Positions 50,301 to 61,917 of a stretch of DNA of 64,000 bases are shown piece after piece (the stretch's first letter is position 1; the number at the start of each line of letters is the position of its first letter). Source of the stretch: Vairimorpha necatrix (lineage: Eukaryota); the NCBI GenBank assembly GCA_036630325.1, contig CP142734.1:620001-684000 (forward strand). The letters run 5' to 3'. The notes below the pieces were generated by a model. It ran no database searches. It saw only the letters and a program-made list of their open reading frames with translations, and had not been told where the DNA came from. The position numbers and the translations under genes are program-made.

Positions 50301-52430
50301 ACCAATGTGCAATAAGCACATGACACTCATGACCAAAATTAGAAATAATTTGGACAAATATCGTTGTTACTTACATCGAAATGGAAGAAAATGCTCAAAC
50401 AAAGGTAACATTTACAAAGAAAGCATTTTAAAAGTTCTAGATTAGATATCGAAGATCTTTTAATTTTGCTGTGTGAATGGGTTAAAGGTGTAAGCAATGT
50501 TTCGGCTACTATCGAATTGGATATAGATAGTAGATCCGTATCTCGCTGGTTTACGCGTTTTAATAACGCCGTATTCTTTCCCTATTTCACTACTTTAAAA
50601 CAAAACCATAGGAGGTTTAAATTGCGTAGTTGAAATAGACAAGACATTGCTTGTTTAAAGTAAAAACCATAACGGTAGAATCCTTCAATACCAAGTTTGG
50701 GCGGTTAGTGGAGTTGTAAGAGGAGACAGCAATTCTTTTTTTTTCGAAATTGTTGAAAATCGATCAAGAACTACTCTTGTCGATTTAATAAAACGAAAAA
50801 TCGCACCTGGATCTACAATTATTACTGATTGTTGGCGGGGTTATGAAGGGCTTTGTGAACTATGTCCGGATTATAACTATTTACATTTAACTGTAAATCA
50901 TAGCCAAAATTTTGTAAATTCAACAACAGGCGCCCCCACCCAAACAATTGAGGGAATGTGGTCTGTAATTAAAAGGGAATTGCGCAAAGAAGGAACAAGC
51001 CATGGTTCTTTAATGAATCTAATTCGAAAACTTTATATGGCTCGTTTTAAGTTAATTTATAGAGAATCACTACTTGAAAGAATGTTTGCTTTTTTGAAGT
51101 TCAAAATATATGGTTTTTAAATTACGATTTAGCCCCTGATTTTGATTTAATTGAATAAATTTTAGTTTTTCCTTTTTTTTAGTTTTGTCTTTTTTTTATT
51201 TTTTCCCCTTTTTTTTATTTTTTCCCCTAATTTTTTATTTTTTCCCCTAATTTTTACTTTTTTAGGGGGGGGCAACATCGCAATTTAACCTAAAAGAATA
51301 TCATATAAAATTTGGCCATGGCTCGGCAAAGGCGATGACGTACCTCTTGATAAAAAGATATACGTGGAAAGGAATTTACATGGATATTGAGAAATATACA
51401 AAATCTTGCAGTACGTGCATAAGATCAGGAGTTCCTCTGCTCAAAACAAAAAATAGTGTCATACTCACAGATAAGCCAAACGAGCTTTGGGAGGTCGACT
51501 TCTTAGGGAGAATACCATCTCCACGAGGAAATAAATTTATCTTTGTTCCAATAGATCATTATACAAACTGGGTAGAAACGGCCAAAAGAATGAAAAAAAA
51601 CAGATGACACCATCGTCGCATGCATCAAGAGTTAATCAAGTAACATGGTAAGGCAGAGAAGATAGTGTCGGACGTGGGCTTAGAATTTAAAAATGCGAAG
51701 GTAAAAAATATGCAGATGATAGTGGAATTATGTGGAACTTTGCTTCGCCCGTGCATCACCAAACGGTAGGTTGTGTATAAAGAGTAACCCGGACGCCATG
51801 GAACAAATTAAAGAAACTTTCCAAATTGGCAAAACGAGTTGGGAATCACAAGTCGCGGCAGCCACCCCGGCAGTAAATTTATCATACAATCATGCAATCA
51901 AAACTTCTCCTTTCATACTCAAATACGGCTATGTTCCTACACTAGACATGGACAAAAAACTAGGTAAGAGAAATATTATCATACCACTAGAGAAGCTGGA
52001 ACGAGACCGACTAAAAAGCTGATATCCTATCACAGTGAGATAACGAAGGGGAAGAGAGTTGTGGAGTACAATTTAAGCCCAAATGACCCAGTTTTAATAT
52101 ATAAAGAATCTACTTTGAATAAACTTAAACAAGAATGGGGAAGAGGATATAAAATTTTATCGAAGATCGAACCCGATGCGTATCTAATTCAATCCAAACG
52201 AGGAAGCTTCGACTTAATAAAACACATGTAAAATTAGACGTACCGGCTCGTCTTAAAATGGAGGTGTCGTATTCGAACCAATAAGCTTCTATCATCTAGT
52301 TTCAGAATCTCTTACAATGTTTACATCAATCAGAGTGCTAGATCACAATCAATGTTTCAAAAAAACTATTTAAGAAAATATAACGATAAATAAATGCAAT
52401 TTCCTTCAGATTCTTTATATGAATCCAATA
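47355..52430 (+). mobile_element. Full-length decayed Ty3/gypsy LTR retrotransposon
   Basis: LTRs 47355-47519 and 52265-52430. Perfect TSD ATGCT. PBS TGGCGACAACG. Motifs CEYH knuckle, LIDTGA, LDATSGYYQV, YLGG (from YLDD), WEVDFLG, IDHYT. Confidence 0.95.
50131..51290 (+). mobile_element. Merlin, sister family of M1, nested in the gypsy pol
   Basis: TIRs GGTTAAATTGCGATGTTGCCCC and GGGGCAACATCGCAATTTAACC. Perfect TSD TAAAAGAA. Transposase from 50218 (MNIKEFRKLIYKK) with stops. Confidence 0.94.
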
Positions 52431-53239
52431 ATGCTATTTTATCACAATTTTATTTTTTTGGTTTGTGCTCCTTCACATTTTTTCCGCTTCGACTTTCAAA
52501 AAAACAGGGCTAAAAATAAAAAATTCTGTATTTATATCGGTAAGGGGGGCTAAAGTGAAAATGCATCGAGATAATTATCCTTCTCGTCCTGTTGCGCGTT
52601 GAATTTCTAAATACGAGATATTTTTATAAAATTGCCATTTATATATTTAGGGGTGTAATGTGAAAATACTCCGTGTTTAGTGTTGACAATAAATAATTAA
52701 TTAAAAATAAAATATAAAAGAAGGTCGTCCTCAATTAAGGGTAAAAAGGAGCGATCTGAAAACAAAAACCACCAAGAAGAAAAAACAGAAAGGAACACGA
52801 TACAAAGTAGGAAGGAACTGAATATGCCATAAAAACAATACATGATTAGGTGAGCGTCTTGTGTCTCTCCTCACATCTAGGGAATCGAATTCTAACGAGT
52901 GGCCCGGAAGAGTATTGGAGGCAATTCTATAGCGTATAAGACGGATGCCAAGAGGAGGATGAATTTCACACTTGACGTGTACGATAGTAGATTTAGCTCG
53001 ACCCAACTTAACTTGCAAGAACTGAATCAGAAAGCTAAGGCAAGAGTGACAACAGAAGACGGCCAACCAACAAGCAATGGAAAATTTCTTGCACAACCAC
53101 AAACAAGCAAAAGAATAAAAACAATAAAAGACATTGTGGTATCCCACATGTCAAACATATCATTTTTGACATGTCTTGATTTGTTTACCCTGTAAACAAA
53201 CAAAAAAAAACTATAAAAGAAAATTCCACACTTAGAGGT

Positions 53240-54400
53240 ATGGAAGGTAAGAGAAATAAACATTTTACTCAAAACTTATCTTTATTGGAGTTGTACTTCC
53301 GCAGGAGGTACGACATATTGAATTCAATAAGAGAGTACAAATATAATGAACTCCCACCCACGCGAGGAAGAGAAATCGCAGGGCACAACTCCAAAATTCA
53401 AGAAACAAAAGTAGTCACCATAAGAATTAAGACGGGTGAAATTGATCTAGGAATCACTAAGAATGTAGAACTGATCAACGACATTTTCGAAATCGATCTA
53501 CTAGGATGGTTTAAAAAGATCGAAGAAATTTTCCAAAGGAACCAATGGAATGAAGAGACTAAAAAGCTCTTTTTATACGATCTTATAGAAGATCAGATTA
53601 TAGATAAAACCAAATTGAAAGATGATTATGAAGAGAACAAAAAATACATCATGTCCAAAGTATTTTCACAGAAAAGGGTCGAGAACTTAATAACAGAACT
53701 GGATAATCTCAAACAGACTGACCACATCTTCTTCGACGATTATGTAAACGAAATCATGAATCGATTAACTATCTACAGTAAAGTATCCAACTTTAGCATG
53801 AAAGAATACGAACGAAGATCAAAGGAATCTCTATACAGAGGACTAGGCTTAGAAACAGTAAGATATCTCGAAAAACAAAACCTCGAAACACTACCCGAAA
53901 TCATACCAGCCCTAAAAAGAATTGAAGAAAACATAATAACAAGATTTAACATACCGAGAAAGCTAAATAACACCTCAGGTATAAGATTCATGAAAAAATG
54001 GTGTAAAGTCCACAAAACTTTGGGACATACAACGAGAGACTGCGGGCAAAGCAATGAAACAAATCGATCGAATATGAGCAAAGTAAAACACGAAACATTC
54101 AACAACTACAAAAAGACATTAGTTCCCGATACCAATCAAAACTTAAAGAATACAACGAGGAAGACTTCAGAGCCCAGGGAAAATAAAAACTCTTTAAACT
54201 ATGTTATTTTAAAAAATCCTACCATTGTCGAACGACTCGATATCTCACTCATAATCAACACAAAACATGAGTCAACAGGAACTATAGACTGCGGAGCAGG
54301 ATTAAACTTTATTAAAGCAGACCTCGTAGAACAATGGAACATCACCACTAGAGAAAACAAAGAGATCCAGGTAATGTTCGGTAATAAATCTATTGAAAAA
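53240..54400 (+). CDS. gag: Gag plus N-terminal protease of gypsy 53135 (interrupted)
   Basis: Open frame from an ATG inside the LTR. WCKVHKTLGHTTRDC knuckle and IDCGAGLNFI protease motif. Confidence 0.85.
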
Positions 54401-56010
54401 TCGGTCTTTCGGCCTAAAAAAAATAAAAAAATAAATAAAAAAATAAAAAAAATAAATAAAAAAAAAAAAAAAAAAAAAAAAAATAAAAAAAAAATAAATA
54501 ATATAAAAAAACAATAAAACTAAACATAATAACTAATATTAATTTAATAATGTAAAAGGGTATTCAAGAGTAGATGAAATTTGAAATAAATAATCAAGCG
54601 CGTCTATGGTTTCAAAATTGGATACAATATCATATATATATATTTCTCTTATATATTTTTACACTTTTCATTTACTTTAAAGAACTTGTAATAAGCGCGT
54701 AGAATTTTTTTGCCTGCTTTTCAAATGCTCCTCATGTAACCTTTCTCCAAAAACACCCAAATCCGGATTTGCTGCAGTAAAAAGATTATCAAGCGATCTA
54801 TGAAATCCTTCTAAACTATTCGTAGTTCTTGGTAACTTATGTAATACTCGGTTTTAAACATTCCAAAATAAAATCTCTTCTGCGTCAATGTCAATATAAT
54901 TTTTAAATACAAATCCTAAAATTGTTTCATATCTCTTTCTATCACTCCTTGACATAAGCTTTTCTTTAATCAGACCAAAATAATTTAGAACCTCAATAGG
55001 TTTAACAAAACTTAACGCTAAAATCCTTCTTATATTCATTTTAAATTCGATATCATTTTGATACAACGTGCTCACTTTCAACTCTTGCACTTTCCTATAA
55101 ATAATCTGGGAAAATGAAAATTGCACCCATAGAAAACTGCGGCAGGAAAAGCTGTTTTGAAAGCTTTTCTTGGTGCTAATTCAAAATCTAAAAAAACATT
55201 TAGGGTTAAAATTTGGTGCTTTTTCCACTATAAAATCACATATTTTCTTATATGATGCCTCATTTTTTTTAACATTAGTATAAATACCAAAGGAATGTAC
55301 TTAGTATTGATATACGCGACTAGAGTATAGAGTTGCTTGAACTTAGATGGAGCAAACTTGAAAGTACCAATCATTAAAACAGTTTTAGTATTCTCAAGGT
55401 GAATTAAATTTTCTAGCGTGCAAAGAATCACGACTCTTTCCTTATCTTCTATCCCAGAATCAAATTGCACAAATAATTCGCCTGTAGGCAAATATTTAAT
55501 TGAATTTGTGATATCGGTTTTATCGGGAGTTGAGTAACTATGCCTCCCGTTTCGCATTCTCTTAATTCTATCCCTAATACTAAAGATATCAGGTGTTTTT
55601 TTAAAGCTTCATTAGAATATTCTTTCAACGCGTCAAAAATTATAATTCTTGACGCCTTGGCAGTTTCCTCTGCCCGTTTTAAGATTTGACCGTAGGAATA
55701 TTCGAATTTATTTTTGTCGAAGTCTGGCTCGTGGTTGTGGGGGGGGGGGGTAACGCTTAAAAAACTACAATCTAAATTTGTATGAAGTTTTGAAGTGCAG
55801 TTTTCTGCTCTACATCTTCATATTATTTTTTCTTTTCCGTTATATCTGAAATTATACGCATGTCCTGCATATAATATCTTTCTTCCTCCTCTTTTGGAAC
55901 GAACTTCACACAGTTCTTCGTGGGATAAATTATCCATTGGGGTATTTTAAAATAATTTTTTTAGGCCGAAAGACCGATTTTTCGGCCTAAGGCCGAAAAA
56001 TCGGCTTGCC
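54401..56010 (-). mobile_element. FLYWCH-MULE (Mutator-like) transposon, frameshifted, left TIR truncated
   Basis: ATG at 55937 after CCCC. RGGRKILYAGHAY, RCRAENC, HNH, LMIGTFK, FSQIIYRK, PRTTNSLEGFH. Inverted TCGGTCTTTCGGCCTAAAAAAA at both ends. Confidence 0.88.
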
Positions 56011-56061
56011 CTCGTAGAACAATGGAACATCACCACTAGAGAAAACAAAGAGATCCAGGTA

Positions 56062-58736
56062 ATGTTCGGTAATAAATCTATTGAAAAAACTAACACTACA
56101 ATAGAACTCGACTTAAAATTAAAGGAGCAAAACGAGACATGCAAGATCGAATTTTACTTATTAAAAAACCTACCAGTCAATATTATACTTGGTAGAGATT
56201 TCATATTGAGAAACGATATTATATTAGATTTTACAAGAAAGAAAATAATCTGGAACAATGCAACCGTAAATATGAAAACAAATGCAGAAGAAACAGAATT
56301 CGAAAACCCCCTAGAAAAAATACTTATCACTAAGGAAGAAGAAAGACTTAGGGAAATTATAGATAATTATAAAAGAGAAATCAAAGAAAATTGTCTTATA
56401 AACACAGATCACGTTAAATTACAAGTTTCAAACAACGACATAAAATGTAAGAAAATTAACTATGCCGTACCAGCAAACTTTAAAGAAGATGCAATAGCCG
56501 AAATACAACGACTTATAACCGCTGACATAATAGAAGAATGTAATGGAAGATACACAAGTCACGCATTTTTTAAGAAAAAGAAAAATGGGAAAATGAGATT
56601 AATAGTAGACTATAGAGAAATAAATAACTTTATTGAAGATGAAGTGAAAATAATACCCAAAATGGACGATATTAATTATCACTTGGTAATAGCGAAGTAA
56701 TAAGCAAATTAGACTTGACAAACGGGTTTAATCAATTACTCCTAGCAAAAGATAGCAGAAAATGGACAGCATTTTCGATATTTGGTAAAACATTCAGGTA
56801 CAAAAGACTTCCTTTTGGATTAAAAAATGGACCAAAAGCTTTTCAGAAAATCATGAACAAAATACTTTTCGGGATAAATAACATTTCAGTATATATAGAC
56901 GACATAATAATTGCCACAAAGGACTACGAATCACAACTCAATACGCTTAAAGAACTGTTCACAAGATTGAAACATTACAATGTAAATGTAAATTTCGCAA
57001 AATCAGAGTTTTGCACAAAGGACACCGAAATCCTAGGAACAAGAATTTTTAACGGAAAAATGTACCCTCTCACGAAAGACTGTAAACTAAGAGAAAACAT
57101 GAAATGCCACACTAAAAAAGACCTGCAAAAAATAATTGGCATATTTAATTGGTACAGAAAATACATTCCAAACTTAAGTCTAGAAATTCTAAGCTTAACC
57201 GAAAAGCTAAAAGGAAACGAAAAAAAAGTCAAGCTAACAAAAGAAGACAATCTAATAATAAACAAATTAATAAGTACACTAAAGAACAATAGCCATCTAG
57301 TACTGCCAGACTACAGTAAAAAATTTACACTACATTGCGACGCCTCTGAACTAGGAATGGGTGCAGTACTATCACAAGAACACGGAATAATTTTAAATAT
57401 TAGCATGAAATTTAATAAAACAGAAAGAAATTATACAATAGTGGAAAAAGAATACTTTGCAATAGTATACGCGATGGATAAGTGCAGAAACATAGTACTC
57501 GAAAATTACGTTGAAATCTATACAGACAACAGGAATTGTCTATTTAAAAGCAAAATAAGCAGAAGAATAGAAAGATTGGATGCGATGATGATAGAGCACA
57601 ATTGCTGCATAAAACAAATCGCAGGAGAGAATAACTCAGTAGCTGACTATCTATCAAGATGTTTTAAAATAGAAAATGTCAGACATGAAAATAACCTTAC
57701 GAATATAATAGAACAATATGTAGAAAAAATATCAGACGATAAATCCGGAAAGGAAAACTGGAAAAGAAGAAAAGATGACAAAATAATAATTAAAAACACC
57801 GAAGCAGAAAATTTTCTAACGAAAATACATGAACTAGCCGGCCACCCAGGAATCGTAGTATTAATCAAGAATCTCTCTCCTTTCTACAACATAATTGGAT
57901 TAAAGAACAAAATAATAGCAATAACAAAAAATTGCAGAATGTGTAACTAAAATAAGAAAGAGAAAGTCAAAACTCAGAAATTACAGATCGAATCTGATAA
58001 AATTTACGGAACAATAGCCATGGACATATTTGGACCATTTGAACTTGAAAATTTTGAACATGATACAATCCATTATAAGGCTTATTACCTTTGCATAACA
58101 GATGTTTACTCAAGAATCTCAAGGGTATACCTTCTATATAACATCACGGAAGATACAATAATTAAATGTATAGATAAATGGATACAAGAATTTCAACAGC
58201 CAGAAAAAATTATCATGGACAATGGCACACAATTCACCGGAGAAAAACTCAGAGAAAAATATGAGAAAAGTAGAGGAATTAAACTCGTTAACACTCCAAT
58301 ATACCATCCACAAAGCAACGGAATGGCAGAAAGGCAAAACAGTATAATAGCTGAATGTCTAAGGATAAACAAGCTAAATAACATCAACGACATAACAAAT
58401 AAAATTAACACTAAACTTAACGTAAATTACAAAAGAACTATTGGATGTTCTCCATTCGAATTATAGAAACAATACAGCTTTTTTGACCCATTCAGACGAC
58501 AAAGCAACCTAAAGGAACCAAAATACAAATCAGTTCCAGCCACACTGAACCAGAATAACGATAAAAAATTAAAAATAAATGATAAAGTATTTGTAAGAGA
58601 TTTCAAAGCTGGGAAAATGGATGAACAATATAAAGGACCCTGTACGATCAAAGAGGTTGGGAAGAAAGGAAACTGGGTTAAAGTAGAAGAAGGAGGCAAC
58701 TGGATCCACATAAAGGACATTAAAAGAAGAGGGTAG
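56062..58736 (+). pseudogene. pol: Pol (protease end, RT, RNase H, integrase) of gypsy 53135, one frameshift and two in-frame stops
   Basis: RLIVDYR, LPFGL, VYIDD, LHCDAS, YTDNRN, HELAGH...CRMC, MDIFGP, MDNGTQF, SNGMAER, YKGP. Confidence 0.93.
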
Positions 58737-59656
58737 GATGTGGTATCCCACATGTCAAACATATCGTTTTTGACATTTCTTGATTTGTTTACCCTGTAAA
58801 CAAACAAAAAAAACTATAAAAGAAAATTCCATACTTAGGGGTATGGAAGATAAGAGAAATAAACATTTTACTCAAAACTTATCTTTATTGGAGTTGTACT
58901 TCCGCAGGAGGTACGACAGACATATAGGAGAATGACGTAGTCAAGAGGAGCTATCTCTGTATAAATACCATTTGATAGATTTGATGTTTTATTATTAATT
59001 ATATTGTAAGCCCCTCGTTAGACATCTGTTTTGGGAGTCTGGTCCCTGGCTTGGTAGCCCTTCCTTGGTCTTGTGTTCCAATGGAATTGATCGTTATTCT
59101 GTCGCATGATCTTGTGGGAGGGGGTCAGGGCAAAAAAAGAAATAAATATTTGGGAGGTGAGGTACCACAGTACCCCCCCCCCCATTTGAGGGTGTTTACT
59201 TTATTTTTTTGAACCCCCAAAACGAAGTGCATAAAAAAGGAGAGCAGGAAGGGGACAAAAATTACTAGAACTTTATGATAATAAAAATACATAATAAAAT
59301 AATGAAATGACTTAAAATTGAATTTAAAAAAAAATGGTTTTAAATATATGATATAAAAAAATTAAAATTTATACAAATTTATTTACTTTATCCTAGTTTT
59401 TATTTAATAGCCCTTAAAAATGACAGATCTCTATAAGGATGTCGAGAAAATAATGGAAAAAATGATTCTAAGAACATTAGAAGGCAGATTTTGTCCATTA
59501 TGCCTTGGAAATGTACATCGACATTTGGAAATACAAAATCAAATGCGTTGTACCACAAGAGGATGTCGAAAAGAAATTATAATAACGAAAAAGAAGCCTT
59601 TTTTTAATGCTAAATTGCCTTGGTTAAAAATATGCCAGGTTCTATATCTATTGTTT

Positions 59657-60911
59657 GGTTAAGTTCTCGACTTACCCCCCCCCCCACCCCTAAAAAAAAT
59701 AAAAAAAAATAAAAAAATTAAAAAAAGGGGAAAAATAAAAAAAAATAAAAAAAGGGGAAAAAATAAAAAAAATAAAAAAACGTTTAATTCTCGACTTAAC
59801 CCCCCTTTACCCTTCAAAAAAAAAACAAAAAAAATTATTCCACAATTGTAAAGTCTATTTCAGGAATAATATCATAAGCTACAATACTAAAATTACCTAT
59901 TTGAAAAAATTCTAACATTTTATCTAATAGATTTTCACGATATATTAATTTGAATCTGTTAATGTAAATCTTTCTTACAAGATTCATAATAGTACCATGA
60001 CTAGTTCCGCCTTTTCTTAGTTCTCTTTTAATAACCGACCACATTCCCTCTATAGTCTGAGTATGCGCACCAGTTATATTATCAACAAAATTTTGGCTGT
60101 GATTCACAGTCAAATGTAGATACTCATATTCTACACAGATTGTTTGAATATCACTATATCCACGCCAACAATCTGTCACAATTGTGGTCCCCGGAGCAAT
60201 TTTTCTTGTAATTAATTCAACAAGAGTAGCTCTTGTTCTATTTTCTACGATCTCAAAGAAAAAAGCTTTTGCATCCCCTCTCACAACGCCTCCAACTGCC
60301 CATACTTGATATTGAAGAACCCTTCCCGCATGGTTTTTACTTTTTACAAGTAAAGTTTCATCAATTTCAACAATACAACCGACGCCGCCAATCGTTTGAT
60401 TGTTTATATATGTTGAATAAGAGACGTACACGGCGTTATTAAAACGCGTAAACCATCTTGATACCGTACATTTACCTATATCAAGTTCTAACGTGGCGGC
60501 CAAATTACTTGAACCCTTTACCCATTCGCAAAGCAATATTAAAAGATCCTCAATAGGCAATTTTGAGTTCTTAAAAACGCTTTGTTTCATTATGGTTCCT
60601 TTGTTAGAACATTTTTTACCATCACGTCTTAAATAACAACGATAGTTTTCAGTGTTGGTCCGATTTTGAGTCATTGGTATATTGCATTTATTGCACATAG
60701 GGACCCTCAAAATGTTTTTTGCAATTAAAAATTGCATTAACTCATTTTTTTTATAGATGAGTTTTCTAAATTCTTTAATTCTCATTATGGGTCAAATTTT
60801 TTATTTTTTCCCCTTTTTTTATTTTCTCCCCTTTTTTTATTTTTTCCCCTTTTTTTATTTTTTTTTATTTTTTTTAGGGGTGGGGGGGGGGGGTAAGTCG
60901 AGAACTTAACC
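59657..60911 (-). mobile_element. Merlin family M1, intact copy
   Basis: TIRs GGTTAAGTTCTCGACTTACCCC at both ends. Perfect TSD TATTGTTT (59649-59656, 60912-60919). Confidence 0.97.
59835..60785 (-). CDS. Merlin/ISXO2-like DDE transposase, 316 aa, uninterrupted
   Basis: CNKC...C Zn ribbon, IGGVGCIVEIDET, IVTDCWRGY, VNHSQNFVD, HTQTIEGMW. Confidence 0.95.
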   Translation of the reverse strand: MRIKEFRKLIYKKNELMQFLIAKNILRVPMCNKCNIPMTQNRTNTENYRCYLRRDGKKCSNKGTIMKQSVFKNSKLPIEDLLILLCEWVKGSSNLAATLELDIGKCTVSRWFTRFNNAVYVSYSTYINNQTIGGVGCIVEIDETLLVKSKNHAGRVLQYQVWAVGGVVRGDAKAFFFEIVENRTRATLVELITRKIAPGTTIVTDCWRGYSDIQTICVEYEYLHLTVNHSQNFVDNITGAHTQTIEGMWSVIKRELRKGGTSHGTIMNLVRKIYINRFKLIYRENLLDKMLEFFQIGNFSIVAYDIIPEIDFTIVE

Positions 60912-61274
60912 TATTGTTTGAAAATACAACATTCAGAATGATAAAAAACCTACTTAATATCCACAAAAAAACAATCTATAGAATTATCAGAAAAAGTAGT
61001 AAACATATTTCTGGCAATAAAAAAAAAATAGGAGGTCCAGGTATAATTGTAGAGATTGATGAATCTCAATTCGGAAAGAGAAAATACAACAAAGGCTACA
61101 AAGTTGACGGTGTGTGGGTAATTGGGTGGTGGAAGAACAGCCGAAAGAAATTTAGTGCTTCTAAAAGTAAAAAACAGAATAGCCGAAACTCTTGAAAAAT
61201 TAATAAAAAAAAATATGTAGGTCCCGGAAGTATTATATTTAACGACTGTTGGAAAGGTTATATAAATTTAAATC

Positions 61275-61816
61275 GGCTAAAGTTAGCTTTAGCTAACAAA
61301 AATGCATATAGGGTTTTTTTTTCTTTTTTCCCCCCTTTTTTTAAAAAATGGAGGAGAGAAAATGATGACCAGAGCAGAAATGGAAACAGTTTATAATATT
61401 TTATTTGGCAAAAAAAAGAATCAGTTATGCAAAGTGTGTAATGGTAGAATGAGGTTGCTTAGTAAACAGGGCCCTATCTTAAAATGTACTTGGAAGGACT
61501 GTAAGAAGACAGTTTCTATGTGGAAAGGTACATTTTTTGAAAACTTTAGACTCGATCATATCAAAATTTTGCAGGTACTTAATTTGTGGATTCTAGGCTA
61601 TCCTCGTAAGTATATTAGCCAAATTTTATGTTGTTCAAAACCTTCAATATCGTTTATTTTTAAAAAATTAAAGCAAATAGACATTTATAATAAATATTTA
61701 TCATCTTTGGGAAAGATAGGCGAGGAAGATATTATAGTAGAAATAGATGAAACTAAAATTGGAAAAAATAAGTATAATAGAGGTAAACTAGTGATAGGGT
61801 TTTGGTGCTTTGGGAT
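61275..61816 (+). mobile_element. Merlin, M5-related, 5' part cut by an LTR element
   Basis: Terminus GGCTAAAGTTAGCTTTAG resembles 29324. CKVC...CTWKDC, LWILGYPRK, IVEIDET. Confidence 0.85.
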
Positions 61817-61917
61817 TGTTACCAGAAGGAGAGCTGGTTATTGAAGAAGGCTTTTTATTAGAGGAAGAACTATATTTATTTGGCATCTTTAGTCTATTTA
61901 AGATTTCTTAAATAGTT

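Larger units (their letters stand above)
45960..52565. mobile_element. Probable non-autonomous long-TIR element (about 1 kb net) hosting a non-LTR and a gypsy insertion
   Basis: Left end GGCTAATTTCCACTTTAGCCCCCC...GAAAGTCGAAGCG is inverted relative to CGCTTCGACTTTC...GGGGGGCTAAAGTGAAAAT at 52485-52562. Right tip degraded, no TSD found. Confidence 0.5.
53135..58918 (+). mobile_element. Full-length, lightly mutated Ty3/gypsy LTR retrotransposon carrying a MULE
   Basis: LTRs 53135-53315 and 58739-58918 (TG...CA, few differences). Perfect TSD GACAT. PPT AAAAGAAGAGGGTAGGA. No TGG-type PBS. Confidence 0.96.
59161..61274 (+). mobile_element. Merlin family M7, interrupted twice
   Basis: Probable terminus GGTACCACAGTACCCC. 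Transposase 59420-59656 plus 60920-61274 (CPLC...CTTRGC, IGGPGIIVEIDESQFGKRKY, DCWKGY). Confidence 0.8.

Noticed and set aside
54401..54517. Poly-Lys C-terminus of ORF 53240-54517 and poly-Phe ORF 54302-54514
   Set aside because: Read-through into the A-rich subterminal tract of the inserted MULE.
4371..60442. Many 60-150 aa ORFs antisense to TE genes or within LTRs (for example 4371, 5214, 17389, 19174, 23894, 30424, 44987, 48731, 53773, 56975, 60233)
   Set aside because: Shadow frames of TE coding strands or LTRs with no independent motifs.
59835..60785. Bacterial IS1595/ISXO2 element implying prokaryotic DNA
   Set aside because: Interleaved with LTR and non-LTR retrotransposons, hAT and MULE, so these are eukaryotic Merlin relatives.
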